Positions 9,380 to 18,891 of a stretch of 64,000 bases of DNA are shown piece by piece. The notes below the pieces were generated by a model, which saw only the letters and a list, made by a program, of their open reading frames with translations, was not told where the DNA came from and did not search any database. How positions within the stretch are numbered: the first letter of the stretch is position 1; each line of letters starts with the position of its first letter. The position numbers were made by a program, and so were the translations under genes. The stretch lies in NCBI GenBank assembly GCA_964011675.1, contig CAXGPR010000008.1:1158-65157 (forward strand), written 5' to 3'. This DNA comes from an uncultured bacterium. GTDB taxonomy: Bacteria > Latescibacterota > UBA2968 > UBA8231.

Positions 9380-10510
9380 CTAGCGCAGCGCCGAAACGCC
9401 GCCGCCCTTAATTGCACGTGCGACCTCTTTTTCGACGTCTCCCAGTTTAACCATAGAGGTATCCCCGATCGTCTCCTGCACTAAGATTCCATGGGCTGCT
9501 CCCCACTGTACAGCTTCGGCCGAATCTTTTCCTTTTAGCAGAGCCGCGACAATGCCGGAAGCAAAGGAATCACCACCACCGGTGCGATCGGCAATTTCGA
9601 TATTTTCGCGCACCGCAGCTTGATGGATCACGTCTGCCTCTACATCGTATAAAACAGCACCCCAGTTGATCCGGTCCGCGCTCAAAGCCCCGCGCAGCTG
9701 CGTGCCAATGTACTTGAGGTTTGGATATTCATGCGCGACCTGGCGCAGCATTTTTGTATAGATGTCCAACCAGACATCAAACGAGACATCCTTGGGCACT
9801 TTCTCCGTCTCGTAGCCTAGCGCATCATCAAAATCGTCTTGATTTCCAACGAGGAACTCCACGTGGGGAACAATCGACTTATTAATCTCACGCGCGCGAT
9901 CCTTACTTGGCTCTACTTTGGATCGATAGTTAAGGTCAAAAGAGCGACCTGCTCCATATTCACCCGCTTTTTTCATCGCTTCTAAGGCGAGATCCGCTGT
10001 TTTAGGTGAGAGCAAGGTGTAGATACCACCCGTGCTAAACCAGCGAGTACCCAATTCGCCAAAAATATAATCCCAGTCTATATCGCCAGGTCCAACTTCG
10101 CGTACAGGTGTGTGCGCACGATAATACTCCGTAACGGAAGGAAGGACTCCTTTACCTGCCCAGGTAAAATTGATTCCATTGTGTAGCGTACCCTTTCCAT
10201 CGGTGCTAAACTCACCCTTTCCCCCGTTGTCAAACCAGACGATATGGGTGGTATCTAGCCCCGCTTCACGAAGCTGATTTTCTATGTTTCTGCCGATTCC
10301 ATCGTCGACTAGAGCCGTCACAACCGCCCCTCGCAAACCAAAGCAGTAGCTCAACCCCTCGGCTACATTGGTCTCGCCTCCCCCGTGCCATATGCGCGCA
10401 TTCCGAGCGCGTGCCGTGGGAACCTGCCCCGGGTCAATGCGCATCATTACCTCACCCAGTGCAATAGCATCATAACGGGTTTCGGCGACCGTTTTTAAAT
10501 TGAGCGACAT
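9380..10510 (-). CDS. PfkB family sugar kinase (KDG kinase-like)
   Basis: LGEVMMRID, GGGETNVA, SFDLNYRSK, DRTGGGDSFASG. Confidence 0.93.
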   Translation of the reverse strand: MSLNLKTVAETRYDAIALGEVMMRIDPGQVPTARARNARIWHGGGETNVAEGLSYCFGLRGAVVTALVDDGIGRNIENQLREAGLDTTHIVWFDNGGKGEFSTDGKGTLHNGINFTWAGKGVLPSVTEYYRAHTPVREVGPGDIDWDYIFGELGTRWFSTGGIYTLLSPKTADLALEAMKKAGEYGAGRSFDLNYRSKVEPSKDRAREINKSIVPHVEFLVGNQDDFDDALGYETEKVPKDVSFDVWLDIYTKMLRQVAHEYPNLKYIGTQLRGALSADRINWGAVLYDVEADVIHQAAVRENIEIADRTGGGDSFASGIVAALLKGKDSAEAVQWGAAHGILVQETIGDTSMVKLGDVEKEVARAIKGGGVSALR

Positions 10511-10537
10511 GTCATTCCTTTCTCTATTTGTTCTATG

Positions 10538-10885
10538 TTAAACCGTGGGTAATTCAGACAAGGCCTGTATATTCTCCTGCAACATCTCGTCGGTAAATTC
10601 ATGCCGCTCGAGCTGTCCGGCAAAACAAGACTGATAGGCTGCCATATCGAAATGGCCATGCCCATACAGGTTACATGCAATACACTTTGACTAACAGCTT
10701 CCCCTGCATCTAAGCGCTTCGTCTATATAACCATGGGAAAAAGCGGCGCCGATAGCTTCTGTTCCAACCGGTTGGCCGGTGCCAAGATGGAGAAGAGGCA
10801 GCATAGGCGTTTTGAAATCCGACGCCATGTCATACCAATGCTCTGCAATATAGCCGTCTTCGAGCTGGATTTTTATCGTATCCGT
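10538..10885 (-). pseudogene. trpB2: Internally deleted TrpB2 (TrpB-like PLP enzyme) pseudogene
   Basis: AGGAG RBS, then ACG in place of ATG. N-terminal part TDTIKIQLEDGYIAEHWYDMASDFKTPMLPLLHLGTGQPVG..APLFPM is joined at ~10730 to C-terminal IDEALRC...NLYGHGHFDMAAYQ...LPTV*. TAG at 10691-10693. Confidence 0.85.
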
Positions 10886-10895
10886 GGTTTTTCTC

Positions 10896-11765
10896 CTATA
10901 AAGTTATTCTAACTCGACTCCCCTTAGAAATTGACTTCTCCAATGCTTCGAGAGCCGCAACGGGACCCAGCATCGTTTCAGCCGTTTCACTTGTCTTACC
11001 CGTTTTAAACATGCGGCAAAACGTGCGAGTGCCCGATAGATACGTATTCTCATCAAACGAAATGTACTCATCCAAACGACCCTTGTCCCCTATGGCACTC
11101 AGGTGAAAACGGGCCGAGCCCTCCCCAACCAGATTCATCGACGCCACTGCACCGGATTTATACGTAATGACTCCCGCGTGATTTTTTCCTGTCCCACGCA
11201 CCACTTCTCCGTAGGCCATGTCATACCCCAACAAGTTGAGCACCATATCAACCTGGTGAATTCCATAGAAAAACACGCCGCCGTGCTTAGATTTTATATC
11301 ACAAGGCCCGGTTGATACGAGCGAGTGAATCTTTCCCAGAGATCGCATCTTGCGCTTAAAATCAATAAATGACTGCTGCTTGGGCAGCACCGAATACGAG
11401 CAGACGGGAACGCCCAGTTCAGCAGCCCGCGCCAGAAAGCGTTTACCTTCTGCCTTGCGATAGCAAAAGGGCTTATCTACAAATAGAGGTACTTTCGCCT
11501 CTAGGAGAGGCTTGACGGCAGGTAGATGGTATTTGCCGTGCCGATGGTCGACGCAGGCCGCGTCGACCTGCCCAACCATCTGATCGGGCGTATCTACAAT
11601 ATGGGGGATTTGCGCCACCTCAGCAGCCTTGTGAGCCAGCGCTTTAGTCTCTCCCCAAACGTGCGTCACTTTCACACCGGGAATTCTTTTTTCTACGTTT
11701 ATCAGCTTTCCAATGGCAGCAGTGTGGCTGTTTTCTGCTCCGACAATTCCTACACATATAGGCAT
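10896..11765 (-). CDS. Gfo/Idh/MocA family oxidoreductase
   Basis: GIVGAENSH, RHGKYHL, FVDKP, FYGIH motifs. Confidence 0.88.
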   Translation of the reverse strand: MPICVGIVGAENSHTAAIGKLINVEKRIPGVKVTHVWGETKALAHKAAEVAQIPHIVDTPDQMVGQVDAACVDHRHGKYHLPAVKPLLEAKVPLFVDKPFCYRKAEGKRFLARAAELGVPVCSYSVLPKQQSFIDFKRKMRSLGKIHSLVSTGPCDIKSKHGGVFFYGIHQVDMVLNLLGYDMAYGEVVRGTGKNHAGVITYKSGAVASMNLVGEGSARFHLSAIGDKGRLDEYISFDENTYLSGTRTFCRMFKTGKTSETAETMLGPVAALEALEKSISKGSRVRITL

Positions 11766-11766
11766 G

Positions 11767-12591
11767 CTATTTTTCTCCAAAGTTCCACAGCGTTAACGCT
11801 GTCTTACCCAAAACCCATTCCAAGTCTTCAGGGCTAAAAAATTTCATTTCGTCTCGGACGACCGAGAGCGTATGGCCATATTCGGCTTTACCTAGACAAA
11901 CGGGCCAATCCGTCCCCCACGATATGCGCTGTGCGCCAAAGGTCTGGTATACTTCTTGCACGAGATCGTGCGTATCCGTCCAGGGATAACCTCCCTGAGA
12001 AATAGACCACGTGTGGCTTATCTTTACGTAGACGCGGGGATAGCGCGCCATGTCAGCAAGCAACTTTCTCCCCTCTGCATCGTCGGGATGCACGTCGGCC
12101 ATGTGATCGATAACGGTGTTTAGGTCTGGGTATTTATCCAATAGTCGAGCCAAATCTGGTAAACGCTTGGGGCCGGTTAAAATAAGCATAGGAATGCCGA
12201 GGTCCTGTGCACGAGCAAAGATCGGATCCATGGCAGGACTGGTAAACCAATCTTCGCTGGCGTCCCTTGCCGGACTCAAGCGCACTCCGTGCAGGCCGTA
12301 CTCTTCTGTCCACATAGTCACATGGTCGGCGGCAGCGGGATCTTCCGGATTGATGCGACCGACCCCCATAAACTTGTCCGGATAGCGCTTTATAACGTCG
12401 GCGACGTAGCTATTGTCCCAACGGTAGTGAATAACCTGCACTAAGACGGTCTTTTCAACGCCGTGTGCATCCATGAGAACGAGCAAGTCCTCGGCTGTCC
12501 GATCTTCACTTGGAGGCTTCTTATTCTCTTCTGGCCAAGGAAAAGCCGGATCGTTTTTCCATACATGGACGTGTGGATCTATGATGCGCAA
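11767..12591 (-). CDS. Amidohydrolase_2 family protein (lactonase-like)
   Basis: IDPHVHVW, GVRL, VIDHMA, VYVKIS, WGTDWP. Confidence 0.92.
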   Translation of the reverse strand: MRIIDPHVHVWKNDPAFPWPEENKKPPSEDRTAEDLLVLMDAHGVEKTVLVQVIHYRWDNSYVADVIKRYPDKFMGVGRINPEDPAAADHVTMWTEEYGLHGVRLSPARDASEDWFTSPAMDPIFARAQDLGIPMLILTGPKRLPDLARLLDKYPDLNTVIDHMADVHPDDAEGRKLLADMARYPRVYVKISHTWSISQGGYPWTDTHDLVQEVYQTFGAQRISWGTDWPVCLGKAEYGHTLSVVRDEMKFFSPEDLEWVLGKTALTLWNFGEK

Positions 12592-12689
12592 TGGAGATCC
12601 CTTTCTTTGCGAAACTGCATTTTATGCGTGAGAGAGTTAAAAAGGTGGACAAGTCCACACCGCGTGTCAATATAGACCCCGCCGTAGAA

Positions 12690-14528
12690 TCACCGGAACG
12701 AGCGAACATAGCGCGCTGCGTAAGATCGCACTTCCTTGTTGTTGAGAACGTGGAAACGGCGCAGTCGGTCTACCATCGCAGATGAAAATCTCCCTAAGGG
12801 GATATAAACTATCTGTCGGCCAAATTTTCGCGCCATGCGCCTCCAGCGAGCAGAGGGCGGCGTTGGAGCTACAAGCACTACGCGACGTTCCTGTGAATGC
12901 AGCAGCGCTCCCCCCAGCAGGCGCTCTTCAAGCGTATGAGTGAAATGCAAGCGATCATCGATCCAGATATTGGGGATGGCTCGCGGAGGAAAGATAAACG
13001 AGCATCCCCCATAAAGCGCCTGTCCGATGCCAGGCCCAACCATATTTTCCAAGAAAGGCGTGGCAAAAAAGGAAAGCGTAGATTCCTCACCGTGCTCCGC
13101 ATACCACGTACTCTGCCACGTGTAGCGACTGGGATTGGCCGGCACGTCAAATAGAAAGACCACGACTTCAACCTGACCTCGGGTAGCGGGCAGTTCGCGG
13201 ACATATACGTCACCCGTGTGCCAATTGCGCAACGTCTCTCTCAGGTCTAGACCGTCTTTAAGCGAAGATTGAAACTTCTCGACCTTGGCCAAGTCATCTC
13301 CGAGCAGGATTCGAGCCTGCTCTCGCACGTGCTGTTGAAAACGCTCGATGCGGCCGTCTTCAGGCGGATAAGAACACTGCCCGTAGGGATTCCACTGCTG
13401 ACTCCACTGCTGTTTTTTAGGAGCTGTAGGATTCAGCTTCAAGGGCAGTTGCCGCCATACGCGTGCAGCTCCCTGCAAGCGATTTTTCGCGGGAAGAGGT
13501 TGCCCTTCCTCATCAACTACCTGTCCAACACCCATAGACAAAGCATCGTCTTCCCCACCCAGAGATTGGGGCGGGTACTCACACGCCGCATCTAACAATA
13601 CGAGCGCAAAATCGTCTCCGCCCACCTGTTTGGCGGCCAGAGCCAGATTGTATAGGTCGGGCGTTAGCCGACTTTCCATGAGCGTTAAGTTACGCACATA
13701 TTTTAGCAACAGACCCATCTGCTGCGGCCCCATAAAGCGATCTGCCCCCGATTCACTATCGGCCATCCAGCGATCTCGAGCATCAATCAACAAAGCTTTA
13801 ATACCATCGATAGACAGGGTTTCGTCGGCAAGCATCTCGGCGCGCCGGTGTTCGTATTGATGCGTTACATGTGGCAGTTCTCCCAAGGCAAAATAGAGAC
13901 AGTCTGCGACTAGGGACCGACATACTGGCAGCGCAATCGAACGCTCGTGCTGAGCATACCGGGCTCGATCAGAGTAGGCCTGTCGAATCCAAGGCCAATC
14001 GGCCACCGAACAGACCAAGACGATGCGTTCGTGTTCCAACTCCAGTAGATGCAGCTCGTAGGCCATGCGCCGGATCCGCGCGAGTCGCTGTTCCTCATCG
14101 TTGGGCGCGGTCAATACCGGCACCATCGCCGCGACAAAGCGTTCGAGCGAAACCTCTTTTAGCGCATAGGGGTCCGGTAAGACGATCTCGCTCTCTTCAT
14201 AAGAACCCACTTCCAGATCGACATAAGCACGATGTGCATCCAAATCCATGGCCGTACGCACGGCAGATATAACCCCTTGACACGGGTCTATAGGCACGTA
14301 GTTGTAGGAGCCTTCTATGGATATTTCTCGCTGTATCGCCACGGAAATTTGCGGTAAACGACCCACTCCCTGCTCAACGGGTTCTGCAAAGGAAGGAGGC
14401 AGCGGAAGGGCGACGCAATCGGGCGACCAATTAGTCAGATGACGGCGCACCTGCAAAGCAAAATCGCCGCTTCCATGGAGAATGGGCAGCACCGAAAGTC
14501 GTTCACTAAGATCGAGAACGGAATTCAT
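12690..14528 (-). CDS. Large hypothetical protein, partner of MoxR-like ATPase
   Basis: 612-aa ORF with ATGA overlap to the ATPase; PILHG...CVALPLP N-terminus; [12 protein letters not shown] motif. Confidence 0.85.
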   Translation of the reverse strand: MNSVLDLSERLSVLPILHGSGDFALQVRRHLTNWSPDCVALPLPPSFAEPVEQGVGRLPQISVAIQREISIEGSYNYVPIDPCQGVISAVRTAMDLDAHRAYVDLEVGSYEESEIVLPDPYALKEVSLERFVAAMVPVLTAPNDEEQRLARIRRMAYELHLLELEHERIVLVCSVADWPWIRQAYSDRARYAQHERSIALPVCRSLVADCLYFALGELPHVTHQYEHRRAEMLADETLSIDGIKALLIDARDRWMADSESGADRFMGPQQMGLLLKYVRNLTLMESRLTPDLYNLALAAKQVGGDDFALVLLDAACEYPPQSLGGEDDALSMGVGQVVDEEGQPLPAKNRLQGAARVWRQLPLKLNPTAPKKQQWSQQWNPYGQCSYPPEDGRIERFQQHVREQARILLGDDLAKVEKFQSSLKDGLDLRETLRNWHTGDVYVRELPATRGQVEVVVFLFDVPANPSRYTWQSTWYAEHGEESTLSFFATPFLENMVGPGIGQALYGGCSFIFPPRAIPNIWIDDRLHFTHTLEERLLGGALLHSQERRVVLVAPTPPSARWRRMARKFGRQIVYIPLGRFSSAMVDRLRRFHVLNNKEVRSYAARYVRSFR

Positions 14529-15505
14529 GAGGTCGGGGGGTCGTCTTCGCGTCCGGGGTGGAGCGGATCATCCCCATCGAAAAAGAAGTCCTGCAGGTCC
14601 ATAGAAGGTAGCACCTCACCCAAGGAACGATCGCGCTGGGTCGCTAGGGCATCCAAGTCCAGTGATTCGGGGCCCAAAACGCGTTCGAGAGCCTCTCTCC
14701 ATGCCACGTCGGCGGCGATAGGGTGATCGCTATTCTGCGCCAAGCGCTTGAGCGCATAGCGAAGTATTTGTATTCCATCGCGCGGAGAAAACTCAAGGTC
14801 CAAACCGTGTGCGCGTTGGAGAAAGTCTACCGTCACCTCCAATAGCTGCTCTTCAGCGAAGGGCAGGTGATAGCGCAAGATCTCCATTTCGTCCTGCCGG
14901 TTAGGGAAACCAATCTCTAGCGTGGGCTGGAGGCGCGATAGTATATAGTCGGGGACTTCATACGTCGATTCGTCGTCATTCATCGTAACGCAGCAGCGAA
15001 AATTGGGATGAGCCTCTATAGAAATGCCCGCAATAATGGATTCCACATAGCGCCGGTGGTCCAGTAGCGGTGCAAGCGATGCCCAACTTTTTTCGTTCAT
15101 ACGATTGCCCTCGTCCAACACGCATATGCCCCCTACTATCATGGCAGTCACGAGTGGTGAAGCATGGTAGGCAATCCTGCCCGACTCGGCCAAGACGGGG
15201 GTTACAAGCAGGTCTTCCGGTCGCGTATCGCTGGTGCACTGGAATATATGCAGCGGCTGCTGGCGCTGACGTGCAGCCGCCATGGCGAGCGTCGTCTTGC
15301 CAATACCCGGCGGGCCGACCAGTCGCGGAGAAAGAGGTAAATCCTTCTCGTCAATAACGAGCCAACAAGCCATGAGTTCACGAATAGTTTCCCGCTGACC
15401 AATCCACTCTTGCGGACGCTCTACGGCCGAACCTAGGTTGAGTTCAACCCCTCCGATTTCTATTTTTTCCACGTTTTTCATCCAAGTAGTGTTCTCTCTT
15501 GCCAC
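14525..15505 (-). CDS. MoxR-like AAA+ ATPase (AAA_5)
   Basis: Walker A GPPGIGKT, Walker B VLDEGNRM, sensor I TMN, Arg finger LSRL, sensor II FSPRDG. Confidence 0.92.
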   Translation of the reverse strand: MARENTTWMKNVEKIEIGGVELNLGSAVERPQEWIGQRETIRELMACWLVIDEKDLPLSPRLVGPPGIGKTTLAMAAARQRQQPLHIFQCTSDTRPEDLLVTPVLAESGRIAYHASPLVTAMIVGGICVLDEGNRMNEKSWASLAPLLDHRRYVESIIAGISIEAHPNFRCCVTMNDDESTYEVPDYILSRLQPTLEIGFPNRQDEMEILRYHLPFAEEQLLEVTVDFLQRAHGLDLEFSPRDGIQILRYALKRLAQNSDHPIAADVAWREALERVLGPESLDLDALATQRDRSLGEVLPSMDLQDFFFDGDDPLHPGREDDPPTS

Positions 15506-15553
15506 GCCTTCCTACACTTTGTACCTTCCGAAACGCGACTCAGAGAGGGATGC

Positions 15554-16960
15554 ATGACACATACAGCTATATTTGATTTAAAAACTCAGGGCGGCGTGTG
15601 CGCTGGCCAGCAGTGGATCTACGATCAAGACCAGCCCATTGCTCGTTTGCAGAACGACATCGTCGAGCAACCCGAACAAAACTTACGCTATTTCAACGGG
15701 ATCCTCAAGCCGGTCGAGCTGCGAGAAATCAGACTCACCCCCGACCAGCGACCGCTCATTGGCGGCCTGCAGCTCTACTGGAAAATGGGGGCGATCGCCA
15801 CAACCGAACTCCGCTCTATAGAAGTCAATGGACGAGGCAGCCAGCGTCTCGAAATTGTCGTTACCACGCGCGATCCGGGCGGCGTAGCAACCTCGCGTCG
15901 AACCGTCTTCATCACCTATGACAGCGACAACCAGACCTACGTCTACGAAGTAGAGGCCCATTTAGACCTCCACAGCCCAGAGTTCTTCGACGCACCCGAG
16001 CACGGCAGTACGTGGCAGTTTGAGTATTGCGACCCTTGGTATACTGATTTGCCGGCACCCGTTGCGCCGTTTCCGGGCATGTGGAAAACTAGGCACAACT
16101 GCCTGCTCGCGGAAACGCCCGAGGGGATCTGGCAGATGCCCCTCAACCACATGGCCACGTCCATACCATCCCCGCAGTCTTTTGCCCCAGGAGGTCGTTT
16201 GGTCTTAGCTGATGACCCACAGCACAACCCTGCGTTTACATTTCTGGGCCCAACTGCTCAGCGCACCTCCATTGGCGTGTGCAATTGGGGCTACGACATA
16301 CACTTTGTCGCCCGCTATACGCGGGACGAACTCTATGCTCCCATCTGTGAAACATTTCGCCTACACCGCTGTCCAGATGAAGACGTGGCGTCCCTTCAGA
16401 ACCAGGCCGCTCCCGTGCCCGCCATCGAGTATAACGGCCATACCGAACTCCCCATTTACGAGCGCAAAAGCAGCTTTGCCGTTGGTCTCAACCTGAGCCA
16501 ACCAAGCCCTCTACCGACCGACCCATGGCCCTGGCTTCCCGCCGGAGAGGGGGCAACGTGGTGTAAGACAGAAGGGCGAAGCGATTCCTACTCCCTGCAG
16601 ATCACGCGATCAGAGGAAGGGCTCAGCGAGTGGAGCATGAATCGCGAGGGAGACGGCGCCTGGCTTGCGCGATGGACCCAAACGACGAGCTTTCGCATCA
16701 CTGTATATATCTCCACGCAATCCGTAGTCGGACGCGGCGCCTACCTGGCCGTGCGCTGGGCCATTTACAACGAGCCCGAGCGCTATCCCTTTATCTGTTC
16801 TGAAAGGATTACGGGCAGTGCCGATTGGACCCAAGTGAGCGTAGAAATCCACGGTCCCCCTCCATCTGATTCCTCCTCTATTTGCATTGCCCTGCGCCAA
16901 GATGGCACGGGAACCACTCTCTTTGACGATTTAGACGTCCAAATACTGGAAGGAGCATAG
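15554..16960 (+). CDS. Hypothetical protein with C-terminal CBM4/9-like beta-sandwich
   Basis: 468-aa ORF with RBS; C-terminal EGRSDSYSLQI...ITGSADWTQVSVE...GTGTTLFDDL pattern. Confidence 0.75.
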   Translation: MTHTAIFDLKTQGGVCAGQQWIYDQDQPIARLQNDIVEQPEQNLRYFNGILKPVELREIRLTPDQRPLIGGLQLYWKMGAIATTELRSIEVNGRGSQRLEIVVTTRDPGGVATSRRTVFITYDSDNQTYVYEVEAHLDLHSPEFFDAPEHGSTWQFEYCDPWYTDLPAPVAPFPGMWKTRHNCLLAETPEGIWQMPLNHMATSIPSPQSFAPGGRLVLADDPQHNPAFTFLGPTAQRTSIGVCNWGYDIHFVARYTRDELYAPICETFRLHRCPDEDVASLQNQAAPVPAIEYNGHTELPIYERKSSFAVGLNLSQPSPLPTDPWPWLPAGEGATWCKTEGRSDSYSLQITRSEEGLSEWSMNREGDGAWLARWTQTTSFRITVYISTQSVVGRGAYLAVRWAIYNEPERYPFICSERITGSADWTQVSVEIHGPPPSDSSSICIALRQDGTGTTLFDDLDVQILEGA

Positions 16961-16963
16961 GCC

Positions 16964-18535
16964 GTGAGCGACTACGACTTAATCATTTCTAACGGCATTA
17001 TAGTCGACGGCGCACGCGCGCCACGCTACAGAGGCGATGTCGGTATTCGCTCCGATCGCATCGTCGCGCTTGGCGACCTGAGCGGTGCCAGCGCAGCTCT
17101 ATATATTGACGCACAGGGCCAATGCGTCGCGCCCGGCTTTGTCGACGTGCACAATCACTCCGATGGCTGGCTTCGCAAAACCCCCAACTTCACGCCAAAA
17201 ACGCTACAGGGGTTCACAACGGAAGTTATTATGGCCGACGGAATTTCCTACGCTCCCGTGGACTCTCAGACCTGGCCCCATTGGGTCTACTACATGCGCG
17301 CACTCAACGGCCTGCAGCTTTCCGACTACGACGGGTGGGAAAGCTTAGACGATTACATGCGCGGGCTCGACGGAACAACCTGCCAAAACGCCATAACTCA
17401 CCTGCCCTACGCACATCTGCGCACGATGGCTATGGGCTGGGGACGCGCAGTGCCCGACGACGTACAAATGGGTGAAATTATCACCGGCGTAGAGCGAGGC
17501 ATGGCTGAGGGCGCCGTGGGACTTTCCACCGGACTTGACTACATAGCTGAGTGTTTTTCGACCACGGACGAGTTGGTCGAAGCGTGTGCCGCCATGGCGC
17601 CACAACAGGGCCTCTACGTTACACATATACGTTACAAGAAGGGCACGTTAGAAGCGGTCAAGGAAGCGGTAGAAATCGGTCGGCGCGCCGGCGTGCCGGT
17701 CCATATTTCTCACTTTAAGGGCACGACGCCGCAGCAGATAGACGAGCTATTGAGCTACGTAGACAGCGTCGCCGTCAACGAAGTCGATTTTTCCTTTGAC
17801 GTATATCCCTATCTGCCGGGTTCGACCATGCTAAACTACATGCTGCCCTACGAAGTGTGGGAAGACGGCCCGCTAGGCGTGATCTCTAAACTGGCCAACC
17901 CCGCCGTCCGCAGTCGGTTTGCACGCGTAATCGACCGCTATGAAGTCGACCTTGACCGTATTTATATCGCCTGGCTGCCCGGACGGGAAAACGCCCGCTT
18001 TATTGGTCAAGCGCTGGGGGCGTATGTGAAGGAAACGGGCAAAACGCCAGTAGACGCGCTGTGCGATCTATTAATCGACGAAAACTTAGCCGTACTCCTA
18101 GTATTTCACCATGGAGACGACGCGCTGGTCTACCCCTTTTTGGCTCACGAAAAATACATGATGGGCACCGATGGCATCTACTTCCCCGACGGCGCTGTAC
18201 ATCCCCGTCTCTACGGCTCAGCCGGTCGCCTGCTCGGCCCCTGCGTGCGCGATCACGCCCTATTCTCATTAGAAGACGCCGTTTACAAACTCAGCGGTTA
18301 TCCGGCTCAGCGCTTTGGCATTAAGGAAAGGGGACTGCTTAAGGAAGGGTATTTTGCCGATGTGGTCATTTTTGACGATCAGACCGTACAGGACAGGGCC
18401 ACGTATGCGGATCCCCACCAGTTTTGCAATGGGTTTACTCACGTCGTCGTTAACGGAGTGCCGATTATTGAGGGGGGTAAAGAGTGCGCGTTGACGGGCG
18501 AGTTGCCCGGACGCACCCTGCGGTTTAACGCTTAA
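16964..18535 (+). CDS. N-acyl-D-amino-acid deacylase family amidohydrolase
   Basis: IVDG..DVGI, APGFVDVHNHSD, GLSTGLDY, HPRLYG, RGLLKEGYFADVVIFD. Confidence 0.93.
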   Translation: MSDYDLIISNGIIVDGARAPRYRGDVGIRSDRIVALGDLSGASAALYIDAQGQCVAPGFVDVHNHSDGWLRKTPNFTPKTLQGFTTEVIMADGISYAPVDSQTWPHWVYYMRALNGLQLSDYDGWESLDDYMRGLDGTTCQNAITHLPYAHLRTMAMGWGRAVPDDVQMGEIITGVERGMAEGAVGLSTGLDYIAECFSTTDELVEACAAMAPQQGLYVTHIRYKKGTLEAVKEAVEIGRRAGVPVHISHFKGTTPQQIDELLSYVDSVAVNEVDFSFDVYPYLPGSTMLNYMLPYEVWEDGPLGVISKLANPAVRSRFARVIDRYEVDLDRIYIAWLPGRENARFIGQALGAYVKETGKTPVDALCDLLIDENLAVLLVFHHGDDALVYPFLAHEKYMMGTDGIYFPDGAVHPRLYGSAGRLLGPCVRDHALFSLEDAVYKLSGYPAQRFGIKERGLLKEGYFADVVIFDDQTVQDRATYADPHQFCNGFTHVVVNGVPIIEGGKECALTGELPGRTLRFNA

Positions 18536-18549
18536 GGTATGCGCAGATT

Positions 18550-18891
18550 CTAGTAGGCATTTACGGGGCCGCCGTTCCAACAGCCAATGCGCTCGCCTTT
18601 CGGACTGAGCAAAATAGCCGATTGCTCTTTGAGCTCAACGTACACTGTCCGCGATAAATACATCCAACACCAGTAGCAGGTCTCTTTTGGACCGAGCATG
18701 ACGACTTGACCTTCTGGCAGGCGCACCAGCAAATTGCCATCGACCAGCCGTCTTATCATCTTCGCCGCGACAAAATCGCCCTCTCGCAACGCCGCTTTAG
18801 CTACGGGGTCGGGCTCTTCAAGCACCTTATTGTTTAAGGCAGCACACCCGGCTAGGCAGATCAAAAACGCTCCGAAAAATACGAATCTCAA
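18550..18891 (-). CDS. Small lipoprotein
   Basis: Lipobox LAGC; 4-nt overlap with the upstream gene; CYWCW motif. Confidence 0.65.
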   Translation of the reverse strand: MRFVFFGAFLICLAGCAALNNKVLEEPDPVAKAALREGDFVAAKMIRRLVDGNLLVRLPEGQVVMLGPKETCYWCWMYLSRTVYVELKEQSAILLSPKGERIGCWNGGPVNAY

